A DNA stretch of 63,908 nucleotides from Candidatus Aminicenantes bacterium. GTDB lineage: Bacteria > Acidobacteriota > Aminicenantia > UBA2199. The translations under genes were made by a program, and so were the position numbers. The notes beneath the pieces are model-generated. The model searched no databases. It was not told the DNA's origin and was given only the letters and a program-made list of their open reading frames with translations. This document shows, in pieces, positions 21,052 to 29,194 of this stretch. The stretch spans positions 1-63,908 of the forward strand of contig JAFGST010000177.1 of the NCBI GenBank assembly GCA_016934475.1. Direction: 5' to 3'. Every line of letters starts with the position of its first letter. Position 1 is the stretch's first letter.

Positions 21052-22959
21052 TTAAAAGGCGATGTCGGCCTGGAGCGAGAAGATGGCCGAATCGGTCTTG
21101 GTTTCGCCGTAGTTGGCTCCCTGGAAGAGGGACTTGAGGGAGAGAGAGGGGCGCACCTTCTCCTTGAACAATTTCGCCATGAAGAAATTCAGGTTCGCCC
21201 CGGCGCTCCAGCTGGAGCTGGTGCTGTATTCGCCCTCGTTGTTCATGTAGGAGGCGGAAACGGTCAGGGAGCAATACTCGGGGATGAATGTGACCTCGGA
21301 ATTGAGGTAGATGTTGGCGACGGTCGACTTGCCGCCGTCGGCCAGGTTCTTGTTTTCCTGGAAGCTGAACGTCGGATTGAGGGTCATGAATTTTCCGAAG
21401 CGCAGGTTCAGCCCCAGCGAGGCGTTGAGGTTGGAGGAGAAATTGACCGAGCGGGTGTTGCCGAGCTGGAGATTGACGCCGGTGGAGCCGGCGATATAGC
21501 CCAGGGATCCGCTGTAGGTGTACGTGCTCATGTCGGAAGAGGAGGTCTGCAGGCCGGTCGACGAGTCATAGTCCAGGTTGTCGAGCGCGACCTCGGCCCC
21601 GAGACGGAAATGGCGGTCGATCCCCCAGTTGAACGAGGTCGAGGCCCGGCGCTGGTGCAGCGCATCCTGGAGAAGGCTGTGGATGTAGTTCTTCTTGTCC
21701 AGGTAGGAGGCGTTCCAGGAAAAGGCCTTGATGTTGAGTCCGAGGGTCGTGTTGAATCCCTTGCGGTCATTCTGCAGGAAGAGGTTGGCGATGGAGTTGA
21801 AATGGTCGCCGATATCCTCGTAGTCGGCGGTGAAGGAAACGATCCCCTGGTTGTACTTGAGCCCCGCCTTCCAGGCCGTGTCGCCTTCCTTTTCCAGCTC
21901 TTCTTCCAGCTGCGCCGCGCCGAACTGGCAGGAGGATACCTCGCCGGAAAGCTGCAGGCGGTTCCGAAGCAGGTTCACCTCTCCCCAGAGGGAGAAGATG
22001 TTTCCCTCGCGGTTGGGATTCTCGCTGCTGTACAGCGTTTTGCTGTCCAGATTGTCCTTGCCGGCCATGAACATGCCGCGGAGCTTGGCGGTGTTCTTCA
22101 GGTTGAACCCGAGCACGGTGCCGTATATGCCCGCCTTGGAGTCAGGAATGCCGTAGCCGTCGAAGCCGGTCTTCTGTTGGGAGTTGGTGTAAAAGGCGTT
22201 CACGTAGAGGTTTTGGTCGCTTACCTCGAAACGCAGGCCGCGGCGGTTCAGGTAGGAGGTCGTGTATTCGGTCTCGTTCACCGCCACATCGCCAACCTCG
22301 AACTGCAGGCTCCCGCGCTTGAAGCGGATCATCATGCTGGAGAGGTTGATGCGGCTTTCGCTGTCCTGGTTGCGCGGGTCGACGTGGTTGAAATTCGTGT
22401 CGAAATCGAACTGGTACTCGTTGTCGGTGATGTTCCGGTATATCCGCAGGTTGCCGTTGGCCGTATAGTTCTGCCCGGGATACTCGCTGTTGTCGGAGAT
22501 CTTGGTCGATGTCGACAGCGAGCCGCTGGCATTGAGGAACGGCTCCCGCTTGCGTGCCGAAGCGGAGGGTTGGCCGCCGTCCTGGAAATAGATCTCCGGG
22601 GAGTCGCGATGGGTGAAATCGCCGATGGTGTGGGTCAGCGAAACGACGGCCTCGCCCTCGGCCCTCTCTTCGACCACGTAGTACTCGATGTGCCGGCCGT
22701 ATAGGTTTTCGGTTTCGAGCAGGTAGGAAATCATGCCGGAAGCGTCGGCCCGCATCTTCCTGACCTGGAAATTCTCCATTCCCTCGGTGCGGTAATGGAG
22801 GAAGTATGTTCCCGAGGCCTGCAGGGGCTTGATGGCGATCAGGACCCGGTCCTGCCGCTTTTGCACGAGCGGCAGGTAGTTGGCGCGCTGGACGGTATGG
22901 CTGAAAGCGAGGGCGGACATCAAGAGCGCTGCAAAGAACAGGACAAACTTGTTGCTCAT
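21052..22959 (-). CDS. Large outer-membrane beta-barrel protein, family not recognised
   Basis: Sec signal MSNKFVLFFAALLMSALAFS, then a long alternating beta-strand region ending in LQADIAF (C-terminal aromatic residue). I start it at ATG 22959, preceded by AGGGAGAA. The track TTG start at 22977 is rejected. Confidence 0.65.
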   Translation of the reverse strand: MSNKFVLFFAALLMSALAFSHTVQRANYLPLVQKRQDRVLIAIKPLQASGTYFLHYRTEGMENFQVRKMRADASGMISYLLETENLYGRHIEYYVVEERAEGEAVVSLTHTIGDFTHRDSPEIYFQDGGQPSASARKREPFLNASGSLSTSTKISDNSEYPGQNYTANGNLRIYRNITDNEYQFDFDTNFNHVDPRNQDSESRINLSSMMIRFKRGSLQFEVGDVAVNETEYTTSYLNRRGLRFEVSDQNLYVNAFYTNSQQKTGFDGYGIPDSKAGIYGTVLGFNLKNTAKLRGMFMAGKDNLDSKTLYSSENPNREGNIFSLWGEVNLLRNRLQLSGEVSSCQFGAAQLEEELEKEGDTAWKAGLKYNQGIVSFTADYEDIGDHFNSIANLFLQNDRKGFNTTLGLNIKAFSWNASYLDKKNYIHSLLQDALHQRRASTSFNWGIDRHFRLGAEVALDNLDYDSSTGLQTSSSDMSTYTYSGSLGYIAGSTGVNLQLGNTRSVNFSSNLNASLGLNLRFGKFMTLNPTFSFQENKNLADGGKSTVANIYLNSEVTFIPEYCSLTVSASYMNNEGEYSTSSSWSAGANLNFFMAKLFKEKVRPSLSLKSLFQGANYGETKTDSAIFSLQADIAF

Positions 22960-23089
22960 GGTTTTCTCCCTGGGCAATTCATACTACAGAATAGGATATA
23001 TTTTCAACAATAATATCTCATTAAATTTTTGTTATAATAGGATTGAGGCGTCGTTCCCGATTTGGCGGCGGCCCAAGGCGAAACATGAC

Positions 23090-24208
23090 ATGAAGACGCA
23101 TATTGAGATCCATGCCGGCAACCTACTGCACAACCTGCGACTTTTCAGGAACGTCACCCGCAAGCGGATCATGTTCGTGGTCAAGGCCAACGCCTATGGC
23201 CATGGCCTGAGCGAAGTCATCGGGATTACCCGGTCCTCCCCGGCCGTGGGCCAGTATGCCGTCGACTCCATGGCCGAGGCGCTGGCCGTCGCCTCCCTGC
23301 AGAAGGAAAAGCCGATCCTGGTCCTCGGCTGGAGCGATCCTGGCGAGCTGGAAGAGCTGGTGGCCAGGGGCTTTGAAACCGTGGCTCATTCGGACGAGCA
23401 TTTCCGCCTTCTCAAGCGCATCGCGCGGAAGTTGGGGCGCCGGGCCCTGGTCCACGTGAAGATCGAGACCGGCACCAACCGCCTGGGACTGCCGCCGGCC
23501 AAGGCGGTCGCCCTGCTGAAGGGCGCCGGCGCCCACTGGCTGGAAATCCGGGGAGTGTATTCTCATTTTGCCAACATCGAGGACACGACCGATCCGTCCT
23601 TTGCCCGCCGGCAGCTCTTTCTGTTCCGCTCGGTCCTGCCGCACTTCCCGTCGCCCCCGACCCGGCGCCATTTTTCCAGCTCGGCATCCAGTCTTCTTTT
23701 CCCGGAAACCTATTTCGACATCGCCAGGGTGGGGATCTCCGCCTACGGCTACTGGCCGTCCAGGCAGACCCATGCCCTGTATCTGGAAAAACACAGGGGC
23801 GGACTCGACTTGCGGCCCGTTTTGAGCTGGTACACCAAGGTGGCTCAGGTCAAGCAACTGGGGAAGGGCGAGTCGATCGGCTACGGCTTGACCTACAAGA
23901 CCTTCAGCAAGGCCAAGATCGCGGTTCTTCCCGTCGGCTACTACGACGGCTATGATCGCAAGCTCTCCAATACGGCGCTGGTGCTGGTCCGGGGCGCCAA
24001 GGCGCCGGTCCGCGGCCGGGTCTGCATGAACATGATCATGGCCGACGTCACCCATGTCCGGGGCGTGAAGGTCGGTGATCCCGTGCTCCTGCTGGGCCGG
24101 GAGGGGCGGGAACGGATCGATGCCGACATGCTGGCCGAATGGTGCGGCACGATCCAATACGAGATCCTGTCTCGGATCAATCCCCTGATTCCCAGGATCG
24201 TGGTCTAG
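23090..24208 (+). CDS. alr: Alanine racemase
   Basis: PLP-lysine motif VVKANAYGHG and a C-terminal beta-barrel domain. I start it at ATG 23090 (MKTHIEIH). The track ORF start at 22880 overlaps the neighbouring gene and its promoter. Confidence 0.92.
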   Translation: MKTHIEIHAGNLLHNLRLFRNVTRKRIMFVVKANAYGHGLSEVIGITRSSPAVGQYAVDSMAEALAVASLQKEKPILVLGWSDPGELEELVARGFETVAHSDEHFRLLKRIARKLGRRALVHVKIETGTNRLGLPPAKAVALLKGAGAHWLEIRGVYSHFANIEDTTDPSFARRQLFLFRSVLPHFPSPPTRRHFSSSASSLLFPETYFDIARVGISAYGYWPSRQTHALYLEKHRGGLDLRPVLSWYTKVAQVKQLGKGESIGYGLTYKTFSKAKIAVLPVGYYDGYDRKLSNTALVLVRGAKAPVRGRVCMNMIMADVTHVRGVKVGDPVLLLGREGRERIDADMLAEWCGTIQYEILSRINPLIPRIVV

Positions 24209-24266
24209 GATGGCGCGCACCATGCTCCGATTCCTGGAACTTATCGGGTTTCGTGCCCGTTTATAG

Positions 24267-24812
24267 ATGTGTATGGATATGGAAGATATCTTGTCCCGAT
24301 GCAAGAGCGGCGAACGGGAGGCGTGGAACATGCTGATTAATGCCTATTCCAAGTCAGTGTACAATATCGCCCTCAATTTTTTCGCGGAGAGGGATATCGC
24401 TTCCGACGTCACCCAGGAGATTTTCATCAAGATTTACAGCAATCTGGACAAGTTCCGGGAAGACAGGAACCTGACCTCCTGGATCTTCACCCTGTCCAAG
24501 AACTATTGCATCGATTATTGGCGGAAAAACAAGAAATTCCTGCTGAACACCCAGGAACTCGACGACAGGATCAACTCCGGAGCCCCGACTCCCGAGGAGA
24601 AATTAGCAAAGGAGTCCGAGATCGATGTCCTGAGAAGGAAGTTGACGCAACTAGACCCGGATTTGAGGCTGATCCTGATTCTCCGGGACATCCAGGATCT
24701 GTCCTACCAGGAGATCGCCGAGAAGCTTTCCATCCCCGAAGGGACTGTCAAGTCGCGCATCAATCGCGCCCGGCTGAAACTGGCCCAGGCGTTCTTGCGG
24801 GAGGGATCATGA
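24267..24812 (+). CDS. ECF-type RNA polymerase sigma factor
   Basis: 181 aa with region 2 (DVTQEIFIKIY, SWIFTLSKNYCIDYWRK) and region 4 (LSYQEIAEKLSIPEGTVKSRINRARLKL). The exact start among three nearby ATGs is uncertain. Confidence 0.88.
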   Translation: MCMDMEDILSRCKSGEREAWNMLINAYSKSVYNIALNFFAERDIASDVTQEIFIKIYSNLDKFREDRNLTSWIFTLSKNYCIDYWRKNKKFLLNTQELDDRINSGAPTPEEKLAKESEIDVLRRKLTQLDPDLRLILILRDIQDLSYQEIAEKLSIPEGTVKSRINRARLKLAQAFLREGS

Positions 24813-25345
24813 CCAAGAAGTGCAGGGAAATCGAATTGCTGCTTTCGGCGTACTTGGAGAATGAGCTACCCGGGTCCGAAGCCGAACTCGTTGCCCGCCA
24901 CCTGAACGATTGTCCCGAGTGCCTGGCGGTAAAGGAGAGGATGGAGGAGATCGTTTCCCGGTTGTCCGATCTTCAGGAGGAAGTGCCGTTCTTCCTCAAG
25001 AACAGGCTCTACAACATCCCCGACGCCATTGAGAAAAAAGCTCCGATCCGACTCCTCTATTTCCCGAAATGGCTGGCCGCGGCGATCGGGACGATCGTGT
25101 TGTTTCTGAACCTTTTCTATTTCACCAACATTTTCCCGCCCGCCAATCGCGGCATGCATTCTGTCGTCAGCTCGGTGGAGAAGTTCATCGTCAAGACCGG
25201 CGGATGGTTCGAAAAGATCAAGGAATCAAAGGAACTGTTTTTCTTCGCTTTTTTCAGCAAAAAATCAAGCGAAATGAAGAACGACGAGGGGCCCCCCGCT
25301 CTGCCCAGCGAAAAAGGGCTCAGCAAAGGAGGAAACAATGGATAG
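24809..25345 (+). CDS. Zinc-binding anti-sigma factor (ZAS, zf-HC2) with one TM segment
   Basis: The start MTKKCREIELLLSAYLENEL... overlaps the sigma gene stop as ATGA. It carries the H-x3-C-x2-C motif (HLNDCPEC) and the TM segment WLAAAIGTIVLFLNLFYF. Confidence 0.75.
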   Translation: MTKKCREIELLLSAYLENELPGSEAELVARHLNDCPECLAVKERMEEIVSRLSDLQEEVPFFLKNRLYNIPDAIEKKAPIRLLYFPKWLAAAIGTIVLFLNLFYFTNIFPPANRGMHSVVSSVEKFIVKTGGWFEKIKESKELFFFAFFSKKSSEMKNDEGPPALPSEKGLSKGGNNG

Positions 25346-25823
25346 CCACGTGAATTCCAACAGGGCGCGCAAGGAAAGGAATCCGTCCCTGGCCGCGTTT
25401 CTCGCGATTTTTCCCGGCATGGGGGCTGTGTACAACGGAAATTTGCTCAAAGGAGTCACCTACGTCCTCATTTTCGCGGTCCTGATCGTTCTGACCAGCA
25501 ATGCCTGGGGTCCGGACTCGGTCGTTTTCGGCCTGATGATCGCTGGTTTTTACGTTTTCCAGATCGTCGACGCCTACAACGAGGCGGAAAAACTGAACCG
25601 GAGCGCTATGCTCGAACAGGGCCCCGCTATGGGCAGGGAGGACCTCTCCCTGTTCTCGGCCGTCGTCATCCTGGTCCTCGGAGTCGTCTTCCAGATGGCG
25701 AATTTCGACCTGCTGACCTATCGCCAGATCAGTCGGCTGTGGCCGCTGGCGCTCATTGCCTTCGGCATCAAGATCGTTTTCAATTATTTCAAGCGCGAGG
25801 AAAAACAAAATGGCAAGCACTAA
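25338..25823 (+). CDS. Membrane protein, C-terminal LiaI/LiaF-like TM region
   Basis: 161 aa, with AGGAGG before ATG 25338. It has four predicted TM segments. The motif LWPLALIAFGIK resembles DUF5668/LiaF N-terminal TM regions. Confidence 0.6.
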   Translation: MDSHVNSNRARKERNPSLAAFLAIFPGMGAVYNGNLLKGVTYVLIFAVLIVLTSNAWGPDSVVFGLMIAGFYVFQIVDAYNEAEKLNRSAMLEQGPAMGREDLSLFSAVVILVLGVVFQMANFDLLTYRQISRLWPLALIAFGIKIVFNYFKREEKQNGKH

Positions 25824-26004
25824 AAAAGAATCGCTGTTCTGGGGGATGATCATCCTGGCCCTGGGCACGCTTTTTTTGCTTAGGAATTTCGGGATGGAGG
25901 TGAACGTCTGGCACCTTCTCGGGAAGTACTGGCCGCTGGTCTTGATCTATATCGGTCTGAAGAACATTTACCTCTACGCAAGAAAAAAAAATGAAAAAAG
26001 GTGA
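25807..26004 (+). CDS. Small membrane protein (65 aa), DUF5668-like
   Basis: Sequence is MASTKKESLFWGMIILALGTLFLL...YWPLVLIYIGLK, with the same WPL.LI..G motif as the preceding protein. GAGGAA lies upstream. The track start at 25756 lies inside the previous gene. Confidence 0.5.
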   Translation, partial: KMASTKKESLFWGMIILALGTLFLLRNFGMEVNVWHLLGKYWPLVLIYIGLKNIYLYARKKNEKR

Positions 26005-27247
26005 GATTCTTCTGGTCGCGGTCCTGGTCGTTTTCGGGCTCGTCTACCATGCCGTCGAGAAGGGCAAGGCCCGCCTGGCGGACGATTTCTCCTTCTACGC
26101 CCAGGAACGAAATCTGAAGGGCGTCCGCTTCGTGGAATTCCCCGAGCCGGAGAAGACCTTCCCGTCCGTGGCCAGACTCCGCATCGAGAATCCGGCGGGC
26201 GAGATCGTCGTGGAACGTTCCGACGACGAGCGGGTGCATCTCTCCTCATCGCTGCGCATCTATTACACCGACGTGAAGGATGTCGATGGGATACGCAAGC
26301 GGCTGACGATCCGCTCCCGGCCGGGGGATAGGGAGCTGAGCGTTTCCGTCCAGTCGCAGTCCTCCTTCCCCTATCACTGGGCCAGAGTGCATATGCGCTT
26401 GCGGGTGCCGCCGCAGACCGAACTTTTTGTTTCCAACCGCGAAGGGAACACAGCCATCAAAAATACGGGGAAAAAGGTCCAGGTCGTCCAGGCCGGCGGG
26501 CACCTGATGCTGTGGAACATCGCTTCGGACCTGGAGCTGCGCCTGGAAAACTGCAACGCCGACATCAAGGGCGTGGGCGGCCATGCCGAGATCCACGCCT
26601 CGAGATCCAACGTGATGCTGCAGGATGCCCTTTCCCTGCTCTTCAAAGGCCGGCATGGATTGTGCTCGGTGAAGGGGATCAGGCAAGGCGTCGTCATCGA
26701 CCATTCCTACGGGAAGGTGGAGCTGGAAAACATCGACAAGGTGGAACTGATTGCCAACCAGGGCACCATCATCGCCCGGAACATCTCCAGTGGGATGAAG
26801 GTGAGCAACCGCCTCGGCAGCACGCTTCTGGAAAACGTCCGGGGCGACACCCGCGTGTCCAGCCGCTTGGGGAAAGTGATCGCCCACCATGCCGGGGGCG
26901 GCAATTTCGTAATCGAGAACGCCTTCGGCGACATCGAGGTGTCCGATTTTTTCGGGGAGAACCTGGATCTCCTCCTCAAGAGCGGCAACCTGGACCTGCG
27001 GGTCGGCGAAGCGACGAATCGCGTCAACGTCGAATCGCGGTACTCGCAAGTGCATCTTGCGGTCGACGCCTCGGCCGACCCGGCCGTCAACATCAAGACC
27101 CGGCACGGACGGATTTACGGCGGGGCCTTCCAGGGCCTGGAGGAATTCCAGTCGGGAGCGGAGAGCTTCGCCAACCGGGACGGGCATAAGCCGACGATAC
27201 TCGTCAACAACACCTACGGCAGCGTTCACTTGAAAAGCGTGCCGTGA
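25991..27247 (+). CDS. Membrane-anchored beta-helix protein, DUF4097 / LiaF-C-terminal-like (putative adhesin fold)
   Basis: 418 aa with an N-terminal TM (ILLVAVLVVFGLVY). It has repetitive short beta segments (GDIEVSDF.., GNLDLRVG.., VNVESRYSQVHLAV) of the kind I associate with DUF4097. The assignment is by eye only. Confidence 0.6.
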   Translation: MKKGEILLVAVLVVFGLVYHAVEKGKARLADDFSFYAQERNLKGVRFVEFPEPEKTFPSVARLRIENPAGEIVVERSDDERVHLSSSLRIYYTDVKDVDGIRKRLTIRSRPGDRELSVSVQSQSSFPYHWARVHMRLRVPPQTELFVSNREGNTAIKNTGKKVQVVQAGGHLMLWNIASDLELRLENCNADIKGVGGHAEIHASRSNVMLQDALSLLFKGRHGLCSVKGIRQGVVIDHSYGKVELENIDKVELIANQGTIIARNISSGMKVSNRLGSTLLENVRGDTRVSSRLGKVIAHHAGGGNFVIENAFGDIEVSDFFGENLDLLLKSGNLDLRVGEATNRVNVESRYSQVHLAVDASADPAVNIKTRHGRIYGGAFQGLEEFQSGAESFANRDGHKPTILVNNTYGSVHLKSVP

Positions 27248-27288
27248 CAGTTGATTTTTTTTAGCGGATAATATATTGCTTTATCACG

Positions 27289-27861
27289 ATGGCAACAATC
27301 GTCACCCTGCCCAATGTCCTCAGCCTGCTGCGCCTGCTGCTGATTCCCCTGATCGTTTTCCTGATGCTCAACGTCAATGACGAGATCTTCCCCTATCTGG
27401 TAACCATCTATATATTCGCGGTCTTCCTTGATTTTCTGGACGGCTATATTGCCCGCAGGTTTTCCCAGGAAAGCGAGCTGGGCCGGATCATCGATCCCCT
27501 GGCCGACAAATTCCTGGTTCTCGCCATCCTGATCACCTTGACCCTGAAATTCGATTTCCCGCCGTGGCTGGCCGTTTTCATCATCCTGCGCGACATCCTG
27601 ATCCTATGGGCCAGCGTGCTGCTGTACAAGGGGAAGCGCATCGTCAAGCCTTCCCTGGTCGTGGGCAAGTTTACGTTCGGCCTGCTGAGCCTGCTGATTT
27701 TCGTGTTCATCTTCGATCTGCACGAGCAGATCGATCTGCTGGCGGTCAAGCAGTGCCTGATCACCTTGACCTTTTCATTCCTGCTTTGGTCATGGTGTGC
27801 GTATTTCATGGTGTATTTAAGGGAGAGAAATGGACAAGCGGAATGTGATCCTGGTCGTTGA
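27289..27861 (+). CDS. pgsA: CDP-diacylglycerol--glycerol-3-phosphate 3-phosphatidyltransferase
   Basis: 190 aa with the CDP-alcohol phosphatidyltransferase motif DFLDGYIARR...G...DPLADK. Confidence 0.85.
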   Translation: MATIVTLPNVLSLLRLLLIPLIVFLMLNVNDEIFPYLVTIYIFAVFLDFLDGYIARRFSQESELGRIIDPLADKFLVLAILITLTLKFDFPPWLAVFIILRDILILWASVLLYKGKRIVKPSLVVGKFTFGLLSLLIFVFIFDLHEQIDLLAVKQCLITLTFSFLLWSWCAYFMVYLRERNGQAECDPGR

Positions 27862-28198
27862 TGATGAAGAGGGGGTCCGCGAGCTCCTGCGGGAGTTCCT
27901 GGGCAAGAACGGCTATGAGGTCCTGACGGCCGGCGACGGGGAGCAGGCGCTGCGCTTGGCGGGAGAAAAGAACCCCGACCTGATCATCACCGACCTGCTG
28001 CTTCCCAAAGAGCATGGAGTCGACGTGATGCAGGCCATCAAGGACAAGCACCTGCTGCCCATCATCGCCATGTCGGGCATATACAAGAAGGATGAAATCC
28101 GCGAGCAGCTGGGCGATGTCTACATCGAGGGCTTCTTTGAAAAGCCGCTGGACCTGGAACAGGTCCTGGCCTCCGTACGCACCATACTCAATGAATGA
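27830..28198 (+). CDS. Single-domain response regulator (CheY-like receiver)
   Basis: 122 aa with DD at 11-12, phospho-acceptor D in LIITDLLLP and a conserved K in FEKP. It overlaps the pgsA 3' end by 32 nt. Confidence 0.9.
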   Translation: MDKRNVILVVDDEEGVRELLREFLGKNGYEVLTAGDGEQALRLAGEKNPDLIITDLLLPKEHGVDVMQAIKDKHLLPIIAMSGIYKKDEIREQLGDVYIEGFFEKPLDLEQVLASVRTILNE

Positions 28199-29096
28199 GC
28201 CATTTCGTTCGTTCCGCGGGCTCCTGAAAGAACGATTCCCGGGCTGCAAGGTGGTAAAAATTCCGATCCATTCGGGATTGTCCTGCCCGAACCGCGACGG
28301 GAAGCTTTCCCGCCGCGGCTGCATCTACTGCGATCGCTACGCCTCGGGACCCCCGGACACGGTGGGCTGGCCGATCGAAGAGCAGGTCGAGACCTTCATG
28401 AAGAAACACCCCGGCAGGAAGTACATCGCCTATTTCCAGTCGTACTGCAACACCTACGGTCCGGTCGCCGTACTGGAAAAGAAATACGCGATCGCGCTTC
28501 GCTATGAGAACATCGTCGGCATCTTCATCGGGACTCGCCCCGATGCCATTTCTCGTCCGGCTTTTTCCCTGCTGGAGCGGATCCACCGCCGCACTTGGCT
28601 GAGCGTGGAGCTTGGGCTGCAGTCGATCCATGATCACAGCCTGTTGCTGCTGAACCGGAATCATACCTACGGGCAGTTCTGTGAAGCCTTCCAAGAGCTG
28701 AAACGGCGGGGGATCGAGACCATCGTCCATTTGATCATCGGCATTCCCGGGGAAACGCGACAGCACATGGTGCAGACGGTCGAGGCCCTGAACGCCCTGA
28801 GGCCGGCCGGGGTGAAGTTCCACCTGCTGCACGTCCTGCGCGGGACGGAGATGTACGAACGCTACGTCCGGTCGCCGTTTCCCCTGCTGAGCCAGGAGGA
28901 ATACACCGATCTTGTCGTTGACCTTCTCGAGCGTTTGCATCCCGCCATCGTGGTCCATCGCCTTAGCGCCGACAGGGAAAGGGAGCTGTTCTACGCTCCA
29001 TCATGGGCATTGAACAAGGCCAAGGTGCTGAGATCGATCCGGACGAAGCTGGCCGAGAGGGGATCGCATCAGGGGAGACTGTGTCATGATGCCTGA
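28191..29096 (+). CDS. Radical SAM protein, TIGR01212/YhcC family
   Basis: The start MNEPFRSFRGLLKERFPG.KV.KI overlaps the receiver gene stop. The motif CPNRDG......GCIYC is the YhcC-type cluster motif. The track start at 28092 is rejected. Confidence 0.85.
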   Translation: MNEPFRSFRGLLKERFPGCKVVKIPIHSGLSCPNRDGKLSRRGCIYCDRYASGPPDTVGWPIEEQVETFMKKHPGRKYIAYFQSYCNTYGPVAVLEKKYAIALRYENIVGIFIGTRPDAISRPAFSLLERIHRRTWLSVELGLQSIHDHSLLLLNRNHTYGQFCEAFQELKRRGIETIVHLIIGIPGETRQHMVQTVEALNALRPAGVKFHLLHVLRGTEMYERYVRSPFPLLSQEEYTDLVVDLLERLHPAIVVHRLSADRERELFYAPSWALNKAKVLRSIRTKLAERGSHQGRLCHDA

Positions 29097-29194
29097 GGCG
29101 TCCGCCTTCCCCTAAACGGTGCGGGGAGCCTCGCGTTGACAAAAACGGGCAGATGGTGTAGATAGAGACATCTGCCAAAGACATAAGGATAGAG

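Noticed and set aside
19251-22704. Very long plus-strand ORFs (628 aa and 618 aa) opposite the PKD and barrel genes
   Set aside because: They show the same shadow-ORF signature. They overlap each other in different frames and have no RBS or motifs, whereas the minus-strand genes have signal peptides, repeats and RBSs.
22880-23089. Upstream extensions of several other track ORFs: alr from 22880, btuF-like from 16336, anti-sigma from 24506, radical SAM from 28092, nitroreductase to 15500, DUF4139-like from 52362, HhH protein from 57594
   Set aside because: In each case the extension overlaps a neighbouring gene, a riboswitch or a promoter. An internal start with a proper RBS, or a stop-start overlap, gives a family-typical N-terminus.
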